A stretch of DNA of 64,000 bases from a virus (taxonomy: Duplodnaviria > Heunggongvirae > Uroviricota > Caudoviricetes), in IMG/VR virus record IMGVR_UViG_3300025133_000019; one strand, 5' to 3'. Each line of letters opens with the position of its first letter. The first letter of the stretch is position 1. The position numbers and the translations under genes are program-made. Below, in pieces: positions 1-9,989 of the stretch. The notes under the pieces were generated by a model. The model did no database searches, had not been told where the DNA came from, and saw only the letters and a list, made by a program, of their open reading frames with translations.

Positions 1-1381
1 ATTACCGGATGACACGGTTTACTCAGTTTCTAAAAAATCTTCTGGAGCGGTGAATTACACAGAATTTTTGAGAGCGGACTTTGCATTCAGGAGCATGAAG
101 AAATTTATAGCTAATGATTGGAGAGATTATAGCGAAAAGGTTTTGATACCAGCTTTGTCCACCCTTCTTGAAGATATTGGAGACAGGCTTCATATAGAGG
201 ATACTTTAGATTTAACTTCTTTGTTTGACTTTGAGTCTTTCACTGACTCTCTTGATGAGCACGAAGGTAGAGGGCAATACCAAGTAGTACATAGCAAAAT
301 AGAATCTGTAGTAGAGCTACAGCATTCTGATCCGGTGAGATACAAGGAATCGCTGGAGAGGCTTAGTGACGATGAGTTAGACGCTTTGCCTGAGATTGGA
401 GCTAAGATAGATTCTTTCCATGAAGTAGCAGACCGAAGCACCTCCAATGCTCTTATGGAGAGTCTATACAAGGTTTACCTTTGGGAATCCAGGGGATTTA
501 GTGGAGCTGCCCAGGAAGCTAGGCAGGCTGTTCAAGATAAACACCCCGATAAAGATCCGGGGGATATAGCTGTCAATGAGAAAAAACTTAGTCAATTAAT
601 GGAAGTTAATAAGGAAAAATTGGGAAAGAATATTACTCCTCTAAAGGTTAGAAGGAACTCCAGGATTAGGAAGCTAGTAGAGAGTCGTGAGGCTATTCCT
701 ATGCAGGAGGGAAAAGGTGTGGACGAAAGTATAGACTCGATGAGAACTGAACATCCAGAGGAATACGAGAAAAACAAAAGTGCCATTCTTAAGTATGAGG
801 GTCTGCTAAGAGAACTGGAGCAAGAGTCGTGGTTTGAAGAGTATTTTTATAAGAATAATAAGGAGACAGTTTCTGGGATTGTCAATTCTGGTATTATGGA
901 AGAGCAGGCTAATCCTGAATTCAGGTCTGATATTGGAGACATGGAAAAGGGAGATGTGGTTGAGTCTCTTAATAGAGTTAAGAATCAATCTTGGTTTAAG
1001 CCAATGGTGAACAGCTCTAGGAGAGAACTAGTAGAGAAAGCTGTTCTTGATAATATTACTTCTAACATGCCAAACACAAATCGTGCATACACAGCTTTTT
1101 TGAGGAAGTATGAGGACGTGGAGTGGTTTGAAATAGAACTTAAGCATGCGGAGAAAACAGTTAGAGATAGACTTAGCAAGGTTAAAGCTGTGATCTATAA
1201 CGACTCTCCATTAAAAAGCAGTGTAATACGAGATCTTAAAACATTTTCTTCACAGCCATGGTTTGCAGATGTAGCTAATGCTATCAAGCAAAGCAGCACG
1301 GTAACGTCATCTGTGGATTTGAGCCGACTTAGAAAGATGGTCAAGAAGTTATCTTTATTGGATCTGGTAGATATTGATTAA
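1..1381 (+). CDS. Hypothetical helical protein, probably 5'-truncated by the window edge
   Basis: Frame is open from position 2 to the TAA at 1381. Four spaced 'xxWF' motifs in the C-terminal half. Confidence 0.6.
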   Translation, partial: LPDDTVYSVSKKSSGAVNYTEFLRADFAFRSMKKFIANDWRDYSEKVLIPALSTLLEDIGDRLHIEDTLDLTSLFDFESFTDSLDEHEGRGQYQVVHSKIESVVELQHSDPVRYKESLERLSDDELDALPEIGAKIDSFHEVADRSTSNALMESLYKVYLWESRGFSGAAQEARQAVQDKHPDKDPGDIAVNEKKLSQLMEVNKEKLGKNITPLKVRRNSRIRKLVESREAIPMQEGKGVDESIDSMRTEHPEEYEKNKSAILKYEGLLRELEQESWFEEYFYKNNKETVSGIVNSGIMEEQANPEFRSDIGDMEKGDVVESLNRVKNQSWFKPMVNSSRRELVEKAVLDNITSNMPNTNRAYTAFLRKYEDVEWFEIELKHAEKTVRDRLSKVKAVIYNDSPLKSSVIRDLKTFSSQPWFADVANAIKQSSTVTSSVDLSRLRKMVKKLSLLDLVDID

Positions 1382-1420
1382 TATAGTTTGTTGTGATATA
1401 ATTATCTTGATTATTTATAG

Positions 1421-2578
1421 GTGATTATTATGGCAAGTAAAAATGTAAGAGTTAGTAAAACCAATTCCGTGGTTTCAAAGGTATCTAAAGCTAATAACCG
1501 AGGACCAAGAGTAGAAAGGTCTGTGAAAAAGGTTGCGATGGATTCACCTACAAACATTACCGGGGATATTATCGGAAGCCCTGCTTCCAATAGCAGAGGA
1601 ACTTCTTCTGCTTCTATTGCTGATTTACCCGATAATATGAAACCCAAGTATGACTACGTTGATGACGGGGTTATTGATGTAGGCGATTTAAATGGTAAAA
1701 TACCAAAAACTAGGGTAGTTGGTAAAGGAGACACCAGTACTTTAGGCAGGGAATTTAACCCTGATATGTTCAACCCCTCTAAATTTATAGACCGTATTAC
1801 CAAGTTTTATTCCAGGCATTCGGAAACCTTGAAGAAAAGGCTTAATGGTAAAGGGAAAAGCGCTCTACCAGCCTTTATAAAAGAATGTTATGTAGACCAC
1901 TTCAGCTCTCCCCAAGTAGCCGTAGGAGTAGAGAGGCTTTCTAAGATAATGAAGGATTTTACAGAGATGGATGGGAAGATAGAGGATAGTCTTCTTATTG
2001 AAAATATCTTTGACGATCTAGGGTACAGCTTGCAAGACGTTTTATCTGGGAATCATGAAACCGCTCCTACCAAAAAAGAGCCTGCACCGAGGGAAACCCC
2101 CAAAATGGAACAGACGGAAATAGATTATTCTAAAGAGATGTTAGAGAAGGGTCCCATACCAAAAAAGTTTTGGGTTATAAAAGAGCAAATCTCAACCACA
2201 ATTATACCAATAGAAGAATTGGATGAGGGGGTTAAGATTGAGCACACAAACAAATCCAAGGGGCAGAATAATCCTGGGGCTATACATTTATTAGGAGTCT
2301 CTGAATTTGAGTCCTGTAAAAAATTTAATTGCCACAAATTTTCTTTGGTGTCTATGGCTAACGCTCTAGAGAGATCAGGACAGCCCACACATCCCTCACA
2401 CAATACTTTGTTTAAAACCTGTTGTGCCACCTTCAATAAGGAAGGATGTCCTCAAGGGTCTGAGTATGATGAAGTAGAACAACTAATCTATAATACAGCT
2501 ATAGAGACCCATAACGATCCACGAATAGCCCACGCACAAATCTTGGCCTACAGGTTTAAGAAAAACGCAAAAAAATAA
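1421..2578 (+). CDS. Hypothetical protein (low-complexity N-terminus, Cys-containing C-terminus)
   Basis: 385-aa ORF with AGGTGA RBS upstream. Confidence 0.6.
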   Translation: MIIMASKNVRVSKTNSVVSKVSKANNRGPRVERSVKKVAMDSPTNITGDIIGSPASNSRGTSSASIADLPDNMKPKYDYVDDGVIDVGDLNGKIPKTRVVGKGDTSTLGREFNPDMFNPSKFIDRITKFYSRHSETLKKRLNGKGKSALPAFIKECYVDHFSSPQVAVGVERLSKIMKDFTEMDGKIEDSLLIENIFDDLGYSLQDVLSGNHETAPTKKEPAPRETPKMEQTEIDYSKEMLEKGPIPKKFWVIKEQISTTIIPIEELDEGVKIEHTNKSKGQNNPGAIHLLGVSEFESCKKFNCHKFSLVSMANALERSGQPTHPSHNTLFKTCCATFNKEGCPQGSEYDEVEQLIYNTAIETHNDPRIAHAQILAYRFKKNAKK

Positions 2579-2626
2579 TATTTTATTTTTTTGTCATTGT
2601 AGTTGGACTTACTTTAAGGATTTGTT

Positions 2627-2914
2627 GTGGATTTTCAAGATACTACTTTGATAGATTATTTTAAAGCCGTGGTGTTTGCCGGAGATATACTGCGGGAGAA
2701 GGGCAAGATCAAGGATGACAAATTAGAAGAGGTCTTGAAAGAAGTAGCTGAAGAGGTTAAAGACAATTTTCGTTTAGATGCTCATAGAGCTAGAGATGCT
2801 GTTGATGACGCAATGGCTACAATACGGAACAAGAAAAAACTTTCCCACAGAACAGGGTCCATCAGTCAGGATATTTTATATTTAGCATCCCGCATGAAAG
2901 ATGGACGATTCTAA
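2627..2914 (+). CDS. Hypothetical protein
   Basis: 95-aa ORF, overlaps the next gene. Confidence 0.5.
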   Translation: MDFQDTTLIDYFKAVVFAGDILREKGKIKDDKLEEVLKEVAEEVKDNFRLDAHRARDAVDDAMATIRNKKKLSHRTGSISQDILYLASRMKDGRF

Positions 2915-3485
2915 GTTTTTACCCCGAGATATTTTAAATACCCCAGATTTTAAAACCTGTGTTTTCGAAATGGAACGCATGGTTAAGGATATATCCGGAA
3001 AAATGGGTAGGGCTTTTGAAACTGGTGACGTAAGAGCTATAAAAGAATTTCAGACCGAAGCAGAGACTAAAGTAAAAAATTTAAAACTCTCTTTAGACAT
3101 GGTTCCTAGGCAAGAAGTTCTAGGAGACCCTTTTGACCTAGTTAGCAATGTTACTCTTCATATTAAGCCCTTAGAGCAGGAATTAGATGACCTATTGATG
3201 TCTAAGCTTAATGAACAGAGTCTAAGCTTAGCTGGCCATCGTTATATCTTAGGACTCACTAAAAATATAAAAGATTATCTTATATCAGAATATTCCTTGG
3301 TAGAGAGTCAAATAGAGCATGCAAAACAGCAGGGAAGATTTTTTCTTTACGATACCAAATTAAAAAAGGTTTTTATTTTTAATACGGACCTAGTTCCAGT
3401 AGTTTTTAAGTATTTAGTTTTTAATGGAAAAACTACTGATTTATTCCATCTCATAAAAAGGTTAGAGTTCTATTTTACGGTATGA
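2901..3485 (+). CDS. Hypothetical protein
   Basis: 194-aa ORF, ATGA coupling to the next gene. Confidence 0.6.
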   Translation: MDDSKFLPRDILNTPDFKTCVFEMERMVKDISGKMGRAFETGDVRAIKEFQTEAETKVKNLKLSLDMVPRQEVLGDPFDLVSNVTLHIKPLEQELDDLLMSKLNEQSLSLAGHRYILGLTKNIKDYLISEYSLVESQIEHAKQQGRFFLYDTKLKKVFIFNTDLVPVVFKYLVFNGKTTDLFHLIKRLEFYFTV

Positions 3486-3979
3486 GAAATATTTATTTTA
3501 AAGTAAAATCTACTCCTTATTGTATGGATAAGGATACTTATTCTTACTACAAAGATCTTATACTAAAGGCTGACAAGTCAGAAGACGAGAATGCTTTTAT
3601 AGAGAGGTTATCTGATCTGGTTTCTCTGTTTAATAAAACCTTAAAGCATACAGCTTATATAGAGACTACCCAGTATAATACAGTTGATGTGGGATGTGTT
3701 ATAGAGCGTCCTGAGCCTCTGTTTTTATGTGAGGCAGTTAATGACAATGGTATTATAACAGCTTCTTTTTCAATACCTATGGAAGTTTATGAAGACGATT
3801 TTAGCGAATTTCATGAGTTTGTTGATTGGTACATAAATCACTACTCTTCTTTATTTAAAAGAATAACTGCTAAGCATTTTGGGTGTAGAGCTATTCAACC
3901 TCATAACGTAAGACCAGAGTGGGAACTAAAAGGACACAGCTTATTTGTAGGGTTGAAGTATAAGGTAGTTTTCCAGTAA
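3482..3979 (+). CDS. Hypothetical protein
   Basis: 165-aa ORF coupled to the previous gene. Confidence 0.6.
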   Translation: MRNIYFKVKSTPYCMDKDTYSYYKDLILKADKSEDENAFIERLSDLVSLFNKTLKHTAYIETTQYNTVDVGCVIERPEPLFLCEAVNDNGIITASFSIPMEVYEDDFSEFHEFVDWYINHYSSLFKRITAKHFGCRAIQPHNVRPEWELKGHSLFVGLKYKVVFQ

Positions 3980-4023
3980 TACAAAATATTAATTTTTTAA
4001 CTAGTTGGTACAGGAGTAGTAAA

Positions 4024-4482
4024 GTGACACGAAAATTCCCATTTGATTTTGATACGTTTAACATAGATGCGTCGATTGCTAAAATAGATGCTGGATCTTA
4101 TTTTAATGTAGAGAGTTCAGAAGTTACTGTTAATACAGGAGTGTCAACAGATTTTACTCTAACATCCTCCGAAGGGGTTGAAGTACCCAGTTTTTCTATC
4201 AACCAAGTTGTTATAGAGTCTTATCCGGAAGGTGGGGCTTTAGGTTCTGGAGAAGGGGCTTTGAAAGTAGACTTGGAATTATTTGAGAAGAGTGGGCGGG
4301 ATTCTTTTGATCTCATTGTTAAACTATCTGGAGTGAATTTGGAGAGTGGTCGAGAAATATTTAATATAGACAATACTTTTCTGAATTTAGAGACTCCTGC
4401 CAAAAAAGAAGTCTACGTTTCATTAGCTAACAAAGATGCAGCGAACAAAGCATTTAAAGTGTACTTAAGGTGTAATAAGTGA
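4024..4482 (+). CDS. Hypothetical beta-rich protein, possibly structural
   Basis: 152-aa ORF, CAGGAG RBS, GTG start. Confidence 0.5.
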   Translation: MTRKFPFDFDTFNIDASIAKIDAGSYFNVESSEVTVNTGVSTDFTLTSSEGVEVPSFSINQVVIESYPEGGALGSGEGALKVDLELFEKSGRDSFDLIVKLSGVNLESGREIFNIDNTFLNLETPAKKEVYVSLANKDAANKAFKVYLRCNK

Positions 4483-4733
4483 CGAATCAAGAATTAGAGA
4501 ATCATCACCCCCTAAAAGTCAAGACTCCTAAGCAGAGTAAAAAGTGGGTCTCTTTTATAATAGCCAATGTTTTGTTTTTACTCTGCTTCTACACAGCAGT
4601 CTTTTTTATAGTGCCTTTGGATTGGAAGATAATTGCTTGCTTAGCTGCCTTTTATGCGTTTATGTATGTTGGTTATGCTTTCTGCCAGTCCGCTCAGGAT
4701 GTTGCGCAAGTTCTTAGCTCCGTGAATAAGTAA
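4479..4733 (+). CDS. Small two-TM membrane protein (holin-like candidate)
   Basis: Two hydrophobic segments (WVSFIIANVLFLLCFYTAVFFIVP; WKIIACLAAFYAFMYVGYAFC). Confidence 0.4.
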   Translation: MTNQELENHHPLKVKTPKQSKKWVSFIIANVLFLLCFYTAVFFIVPLDWKIIACLAAFYAFMYVGYAFCQSAQDVAQVLSSVNK

Positions 4734-4739
4734 TACGGT

Positions 4740-5126
4740 ATGCCAAAGTGGTTATTTTACATATTAACTTTAGGCGGTATCATTACCGTAATTCTTACCT
4801 TTTTTGAAAATTCTAGGTATAGAGGAGTTGTAAAACGAATTCTCGCTCAAATAAAGTCAGTAGAGAAGCAGGTTGAGAAAGAAAAAGAAGAGATTAAGAA
4901 ACTTGATGGTAAGAGAAAAGAGATAGAAACTAAAGAGAAAGAGAGAAGAGAGACTCATAAAAAGGATCTCCTAAAGATTAAAGAAGACCATAACCAAAAG
5001 GTTAAAGATATAAGAGATAAAAACTCTAAGGCCAGAAAAGATTTGGATCAAGCTCTAAAAGATTCTGATGATGAGAAAGCCGATAAAATTATTGAAGAAG
5101 CCCTCAACGACATAAAAAATTTGTAA
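4740..5126 (+). CDS. N-terminal TM anchor plus charged coiled coil (inner-spanin-like candidate)
   Basis: WLFYILTLGGIITVILTFF followed by a long K/E-rich helix. Confidence 0.35.
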   Translation: MPKWLFYILTLGGIITVILTFFENSRYRGVVKRILAQIKSVEKQVEKEKEEIKKLDGKRKEIETKEKERRETHKKDLLKIKEDHNQKVKDIRDKNSKARKDLDQALKDSDDEKADKIIEEALNDIKNL

Positions 5127-5130
5127 AAAT

Positions 5131-5159
5131 TTGTAAAAATTTCGTTCTCGTGTTATAAT
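5131..5159 (+). promoter_or_regulatory. Sigma70-type promoter giving a leaderless mRNA
   Basis: TTGTAA (5131)-17 nt-TATAAT (5154) with extended TG; ATG lies 6 nt after the -10. Confidence 0.6.
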
Positions 5160-5165
5160 CTTGAT

Positions 5166-5621
5166 ATGAGATACTTATTATTTATATGCCTTATTTTTTC
5201 TGCATTTACCCAGCAATCCTATAAAGATATAAAACTTAATCCAGAATTTATTTCTGTGTCTGTTAGCAGAGAGGTCTCTGGACCTGCTTTGGTTTTCTCG
5301 GGCAAGGAAGTTCTGTCTTTACGAGAGAAGCTAGAGTTAATGAACGCTGAGATAGGTAGGCTCACAAAAATAGTCAATAAGTCCGATGAAGAACTAGACA
5401 AAGTCGAGAAAAACTTTGACAATTATAAAAAGTTAACTAACATGGAAATCGACAAACTAAATGCCGTTAATGAGATTCTATTGAAATCTTTAAAAACTGT
5501 TGCTGATTCCCTTAATAAAAGTGGTGGGCCTAGGAAATCTCCTAAGTTTCTGTCCATACTAAAAATGATAGGAGTAGGGTATTCGGTGGGCACTATAACC
5601 GATTCCATAAAAAAGTTTTAA
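5166..5621 (+). CDS. Signal-peptide coiled-coil protein with hydrophobic C-terminus
   Basis: MRYLLFICLIFSAF signal-like start, central coiled coil, C-terminal FLSILKMIGVGYSVG. Confidence 0.45.
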   Translation: MRYLLFICLIFSAFTQQSYKDIKLNPEFISVSVSREVSGPALVFSGKEVLSLREKLELMNAEIGRLTKIVNKSDEELDKVEKNFDNYKKLTNMEIDKLNAVNEILLKSLKTVADSLNKSGGPRKSPKFLSILKMIGVGYSVGTITDSIKKF

Positions 5622-5622
5622 T

Positions 5623-5889
5623 ATGACTGATGATGAAAACATACCTTCAGGATTAAACCTGAAAAGTTCCAATGTAGCTCTCCACGCAAAAACTGTGGAA
5701 TTAGTAGAAGAAATGTTTGAGCACGTAAAGACGGAGTCTTTTTTCTGTGAATCTCTAAGAAAAAAGTCCATTTACCAGACTATTTGTATTAGATGTGATA
5801 AACTTGAGGGGTGTTCTCAAGCCAAAACTAAAGAAGAGGCTTTAGAGACTTTAGAATGGCTTCTAGATATAAATGAAGAGAATCAGTAA
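5623..5889 (+). CDS. Small Cys-rich hypothetical protein
   Basis: C...CxxC...C pattern (FCES, CIRC, GCS). Confidence 0.5.
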   Translation: MTDDENIPSGLNLKSSNVALHAKTVELVEEMFEHVKTESFFCESLRKKSIYQTICIRCDKLEGCSQAKTKEEALETLEWLLDINEENQ

Positions 5890-6846
5890 ATGTTCAGTTC
5901 TTTGGAGGGATTTAAACCTCAGAAAAAGCTTCTTTCCGATATAATAAAGTCTGGAGAAGTCTCTAGTCGATACCTAATAAAAAACCCTGACATAGGAAGT
6001 TTGTTGAAAGCTTCTTTAGAGTTAGCTAAAAAACTTCTTTGCCAAGATTCTAGAGAGGATAGTTGTAAGTGTAGGTCTTGCCAAGATATTTCTTCTTCGT
6101 TAAATCAAAGAGACCTGCTCTATTTAAACGAGGAAAAGTACACCGTAGATAATGTTCAAGAGGTAGGCAAGTTTCTTATACGTAAATCTTTTGGGGATAA
6201 CCCTAAAGTAGTATTAATACAGGGTATTCAGAATATGAATACTACTGCGCAGAACAAGCTACTGAAGATTTTGGAAGAGCCTCCTTCTAATGCGTGTTTT
6301 ATACTCACTCAATCCTCTCACGGAAGTCTGTTACCTACCATATCGTCTAGGTGCGTGACTATAGATTTTTATAGGATTAGCTATCCTGATTTTTTAGTAA
6401 AATTTGGCGATTCGTTACCAAAAGGTCAAGAGACTATTTATTACAGAATTTTTGAAGGTACGGATGACTATAAATACTATGAGGACATGGAGTTAATCAG
6501 AAAATCTATTTTCCATGTAATTGACAACCTGGACTCGCCTAATTTCATTGACAAGCTAAGATTTCCTAAGTACCCTTTTATATCCATAAAGTCTATTATC
6601 TCAAGGTATCCTTTCAATAGTACCCTGAGAATAATTTTATCTTTTCTACTGGATAGAACACTGGTTCTTACCGGGGCGCAGGTATTTTATAATTTAGATA
6701 TGGAAGACCAGATAAAAAAGTCTAGATTACTAGGAAAACAGGTGTTCAGCAGGACTTCTTGTTTATGGAAGGGTAATTTTGAGGATACTCATTTGAATCC
6801 CTGGATTTGGTTACAAGGAGTTCTAGTTGGCTCAGAGACAGTTTAA
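5890..6846 (+). CDS. holB: DNA polymerase III delta'-like clamp-loader subunit
   Basis: Zn motif CKCRSC; NMNTTAQNKLLKILEEPP; LLPTISSRC (SRC motif); degenerate Walker A as expected for delta'. Confidence 0.88.
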   Translation: MFSSLEGFKPQKKLLSDIIKSGEVSSRYLIKNPDIGSLLKASLELAKKLLCQDSREDSCKCRSCQDISSSLNQRDLLYLNEEKYTVDNVQEVGKFLIRKSFGDNPKVVLIQGIQNMNTTAQNKLLKILEEPPSNACFILTQSSHGSLLPTISSRCVTIDFYRISYPDFLVKFGDSLPKGQETIYYRIFEGTDDYKYYEDMELIRKSIFHVIDNLDSPNFIDKLRFPKYPFISIKSIISRYPFNSTLRIILSFLLDRTLVLTGAQVFYNLDMEDQIKKSRLLGKQVFSRTSCLWKGNFEDTHLNPWIWLQGVLVGSETV

Positions 6847-7840
6847 TATAGTTAACTTTATAAAGTCTCTTCAAGACGGTGTCCCCGACTTGATATACGT
6901 GTTTGGAGAGGATCGGGACCAGAGGTTAGTTGTGACCATGCTACTAAGGTCTTTAGTGACTTCTCAAGATGGAGTTTTTGTCACTGAGTTTGAGGACTCT
7001 AAATTGGGACCCTCTGATCTACAAGAACTGCTATGCTATAACGAACTCTTTGGAGATAGAAAAGCTGTTTATCTAGATAACTTCGCCTCTATGAAAAACT
7101 TCAAGAAAGCTAGTATACAGGAACTTCGTGAATTAAATGGAGGGGGAGTATTAATTTTAGATTCCTGCTCCAAGAATTTGGTTAGAAGCGATTTAGCATA
7201 TTTAGAAGAGGCAGAGGCTCTTATTCTGGAGTGTTCCCCTTTAGATGCCGATAGTTCCGAGTATAAAATTATGGTGGGAGTACTAATAGATCTATTACTA
7301 GGGTTTAGACCTAGAGCTGACTCCATAGACTTTTTAAGCAGTAAGAAATATAAATTTGGAGATCTTTGGCATTTATTGATGGCACTAAGATTGTCAGAGG
7401 ATGATTTATCCAAAGAAACTTTAGTTCCGGAATTACTGGAGGGAAAAGCTAGATCTTCTAAGAGGGGGGATATTGATTTTTTCCTCTTTTCTGTGTTAAC
7501 AAAAAATTTAAGGTCGTGTCTGGGATTTGTTGATACTTTGTTCTTTAAAGAGGACAAAACAACTTATCTACTCTATTATCTAGCCGAGTTTTTTGAGAAG
7601 TTGTATAGTATAAAGGTTAGGAAAAACATAAGCCCGTTTGAATTGAGTTCTCTGTTAAAGATAAAGTTGAATAAAGCTAAAGCAATGAAAGAGGCTTCCA
7701 AGAGGTGGTCTAAGTTTAAAATAGAGGAATCTCTTAGGTTGATGTATAAGGTTGACAAATACTATACTCAATCCTCCAGGTCTAAAGTTGTAGGAAGGAC
7801 TCAGGTAGATCAATTGCTCATGAAGGTGCTTTCTGACTAA
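6827..7840 (+). CDS. holA: DNA polymerase III delta-like clamp-loader subunit
   Basis: N-terminal LIYVFGED; 'ELFGDRKAVYL' (SLF-type clamp-binding motif); C-terminal 'ASKRWSKFKIEESLRLMYKVD'; adjacent to holB. Confidence 0.75.
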   Translation: MAQRQFNIVNFIKSLQDGVPDLIYVFGEDRDQRLVVTMLLRSLVTSQDGVFVTEFEDSKLGPSDLQELLCYNELFGDRKAVYLDNFASMKNFKKASIQELRELNGGGVLILDSCSKNLVRSDLAYLEEAEALILECSPLDADSSEYKIMVGVLIDLLLGFRPRADSIDFLSSKKYKFGDLWHLLMALRLSEDDLSKETLVPELLEGKARSSKRGDIDFFLFSVLTKNLRSCLGFVDTLFFKEDKTTYLLYYLAEFFEKLYSIKVRKNISPFELSSLLKIKLNKAKAMKEASKRWSKFKIEESLRLMYKVDKYYTQSSRSKVVGRTQVDQLLMKVLSD

Positions 7841-7878
7841 TATTTTTTTGATTTTTCTCTTTTTATAGGGGAGAAAAT

Positions 7879-8799
7879 ATGAAAAAAAATTATTGGCTAT
7901 TAAATAGATTGGGTAACACAAAGGTAGAGGCGGGTAAGAAATACAAGCCTAGCCCTAGAGGATCAGCGGTGAGAGCTACTATTAACTTAGAAGGTTCTAC
8001 TTTAACCGAGGTTATAGGGCATCTTAGTGATATTACTAATACCAACCCGGCATCTCAAGAAGAGTTTCTGGATAGTCTTACTTCAAATTTGAGGTATGCT
8101 TCATTCTTAGCTCTTGGGGATAACGTAACTAATCCTGACAAAGATAACTACAGGAAAATAGCTTTAAGACTGTTGAAGTCTGGAGGGTTCTCTTTGAAGA
8201 GAGAGGATAATGTAATTCAAGCTAGCAAGCAAGATGTTAGCTTCAGTCTCTCTTTAGACGAGCTAGATTCTAGCAGACTAGAATATCAAAAATCATTTAC
8301 TTTCAAAAAGCAAGCAGCTATTATACCCAGTGTCAAATTCGTACAAGGTTTGGCTAAGCAGGCTTTTGATACCGTGATGAAGGTGAAGCCCAAAGATATT
8401 AGCAAGGCTATCTCAGGTTTTGTACACTCTTTATGGTTTGATTATGCGGTGGACAAAAATATTTACTTGGCCTCGATGTTATATCACGAACTCAGAGAGA
8501 GTTACTTGCCTAAGCTACAGAAAGATTTTGAGATTAAAGAGTTAAGGTATTTCTCCAGTGATTCGAGAGATCAGAAGCTGTCTAATTTTCTTAATAGATT
8601 GACAGAAGCTATTGACGACGGTAAAAAAGTAAAAAATATAGTTGGTAATACAAAGAAAGTTTATCCTGAAATGTCAACCAGAGACTTGTGCGACAGGATA
8701 ATTCTCATGGGAGAGTTAATGAATCTTGCTGATGATAAGTTAGACAGGATTTGTGAGTATTTGAGAGACGAGACCGAGTTAGAATTTGAATTTGCTTGA
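7879..8799 (+). CDS. Hypothetical protein
   Basis: 306-aa ORF, GGGGAG RBS. Confidence 0.6.
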   Translation: MKKNYWLLNRLGNTKVEAGKKYKPSPRGSAVRATINLEGSTLTEVIGHLSDITNTNPASQEEFLDSLTSNLRYASFLALGDNVTNPDKDNYRKIALRLLKSGGFSLKREDNVIQASKQDVSFSLSLDELDSSRLEYQKSFTFKKQAAIIPSVKFVQGLAKQAFDTVMKVKPKDISKAISGFVHSLWFDYAVDKNIYLASMLYHELRESYLPKLQKDFEIKELRYFSSDSRDQKLSNFLNRLTEAIDDGKKVKNIVGNTKKVYPEMSTRDLCDRIILMGELMNLADDKLDRICEYLRDETELEFEFA

Positions 8800-9176
8800 G
8801 GTCATTAGTTATGTCTATGCAAGATGAACATGAAGCTTTGAAATTATCTTCAAAGGTTAAAATTAGAAATGCTGGTAGAGTAAAATCTTTGGATAGATAC
8901 GCTTTTTCAGTTTCTAATAAAAGTGGTAATTCCGAGATAGATTTATTTTTCTTGAAGTGCCCAGTGAGCGGTAAGTACAGCTTGTATAAGCACTGTGCAA
9001 GATCGTCCCCTAAAGTTTTTGTGGAAATGTTCCCTACAGAATTAGTTGAGCTTTCCGCTTTTATCGGAGTATTAAAGAATATGCTACCGAGCAGTGCTTT
9101 TAAGTCTTTAATCATTCAAAAACCTGTTAAAGAGAAGAAGGCTAAGAAACCTAAGAAGGTAAAAGATGAGTCATAA
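8796..9176 (+). CDS. Hypothetical protein with basic tail
   Basis: ORF track; true start may be a downstream ATG. Confidence 0.5.
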   Translation: MRSLVMSMQDEHEALKLSSKVKIRNAGRVKSLDRYAFSVSNKSGNSEIDLFFLKCPVSGKYSLYKHCARSSPKVFVEMFPTELVELSAFIGVLKNMLPSSAFKSLIIQKPVKEKKAKKPKKVKDES

Positions 9177-9555
9177 TTCAGCATTATATCAACCCCAAGA
9201 AGTATTGAAGAGAGTTACAGACTCTGAATATTATGTAGACGAATGGGCAGCGCTTTATAAATCAGGAACTTTGGAATATGATATACGTATCGTAGAGTTT
9301 TCTATCACTTTTGATAGAAATCCAGTGGGTCCTAAACATCGCATCACAGTAATACCTCAAAATGGGGTGACACCAATAGAGATTTATCCGTATGAGGGTG
9401 CTAGCGGAGAGGCTACAATCAGTTCTGATATAGTAGGCTTGTATCCCGAATTAAGTATTCCTCAAGGATCATCCTTTAAGCTAGAAGTGTATGCTACTAC
9501 AGCTGACTCTAGCCAAGCTACCTTGGACTATTTAGAATTAGTGGAGTTAAGATAA
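9166..9555 (+). CDS. Hypothetical protein, possibly structural
   Basis: 129-aa ORF, TAATG coupling to the next gene. Confidence 0.5.
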   Translation: MSHNSALYQPQEVLKRVTDSEYYVDEWAALYKSGTLEYDIRIVEFSITFDRNPVGPKHRITVIPQNGVTPIEIYPYEGASGEATISSDIVGLYPELSIPQGSSFKLEVYATTADSSQATLDYLELVELR

Positions 9556-9947
9556 TGGCTAGGCGGGTAACCAGACAGGAAGAAAAGGAAAGAGCGCCAG
9601 AGGCCCTTTTTAAAGCAGGAGAAAGTATAAGCACAGATATCGTTGTATACTTATCCGGAGAGGATCAAGTATCTAAAGCTTCTCCGTCCCTAGGTCTCAA
9701 TAAGGTTATCGGAATATCTAGCTCCTCAGGAAATGTAAATGATAGTATTTATGTGACTGTCTCGGGTCTCCACAAATTAGACTCAGCTCTAGCTGGAGGA
9801 AGTCCAGGAGATCCTGTATATTTTGATGACAATGGTGCGCTAACTTTGACTGCTCCCACTAATTCTGAAGATTATATTCAGCAAGTTGGACTATACAGTA
9901 CCGCCACAAGTATCTTCGTCCAAATCCTCCCAGCCTTAGACTTTTAA
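9555..9947 (+). CDS. Capsid-cement/decoration-like protein (DUF2190-like)
   Basis: VIGIS...V.V.VSG...GDPVYFDDNGALTLTAP pattern typical of small virion cement proteins. Confidence 0.45.
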   Translation: MARRVTRQEEKERAPEALFKAGESISTDIVVYLSGEDQVSKASPSLGLNKVIGISSSSGNVNDSIYVTVSGLHKLDSALAGGSPGDPVYFDDNGALTLTAPTNSEDYIQQVGLYSTATSIFVQILPALDF

Positions 9948-9989
9948 TTGACTAAACCTAAAGATTGATGTAAACTTACCTCAATCTTT

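Noticed and set aside
5115-5142. AAAAATTTGT x2.8 tandem repeat as an origin iteron
   Set aside because: Too short, AT-rich and overlapping a -35 element; cannot be separated from chance or slippage
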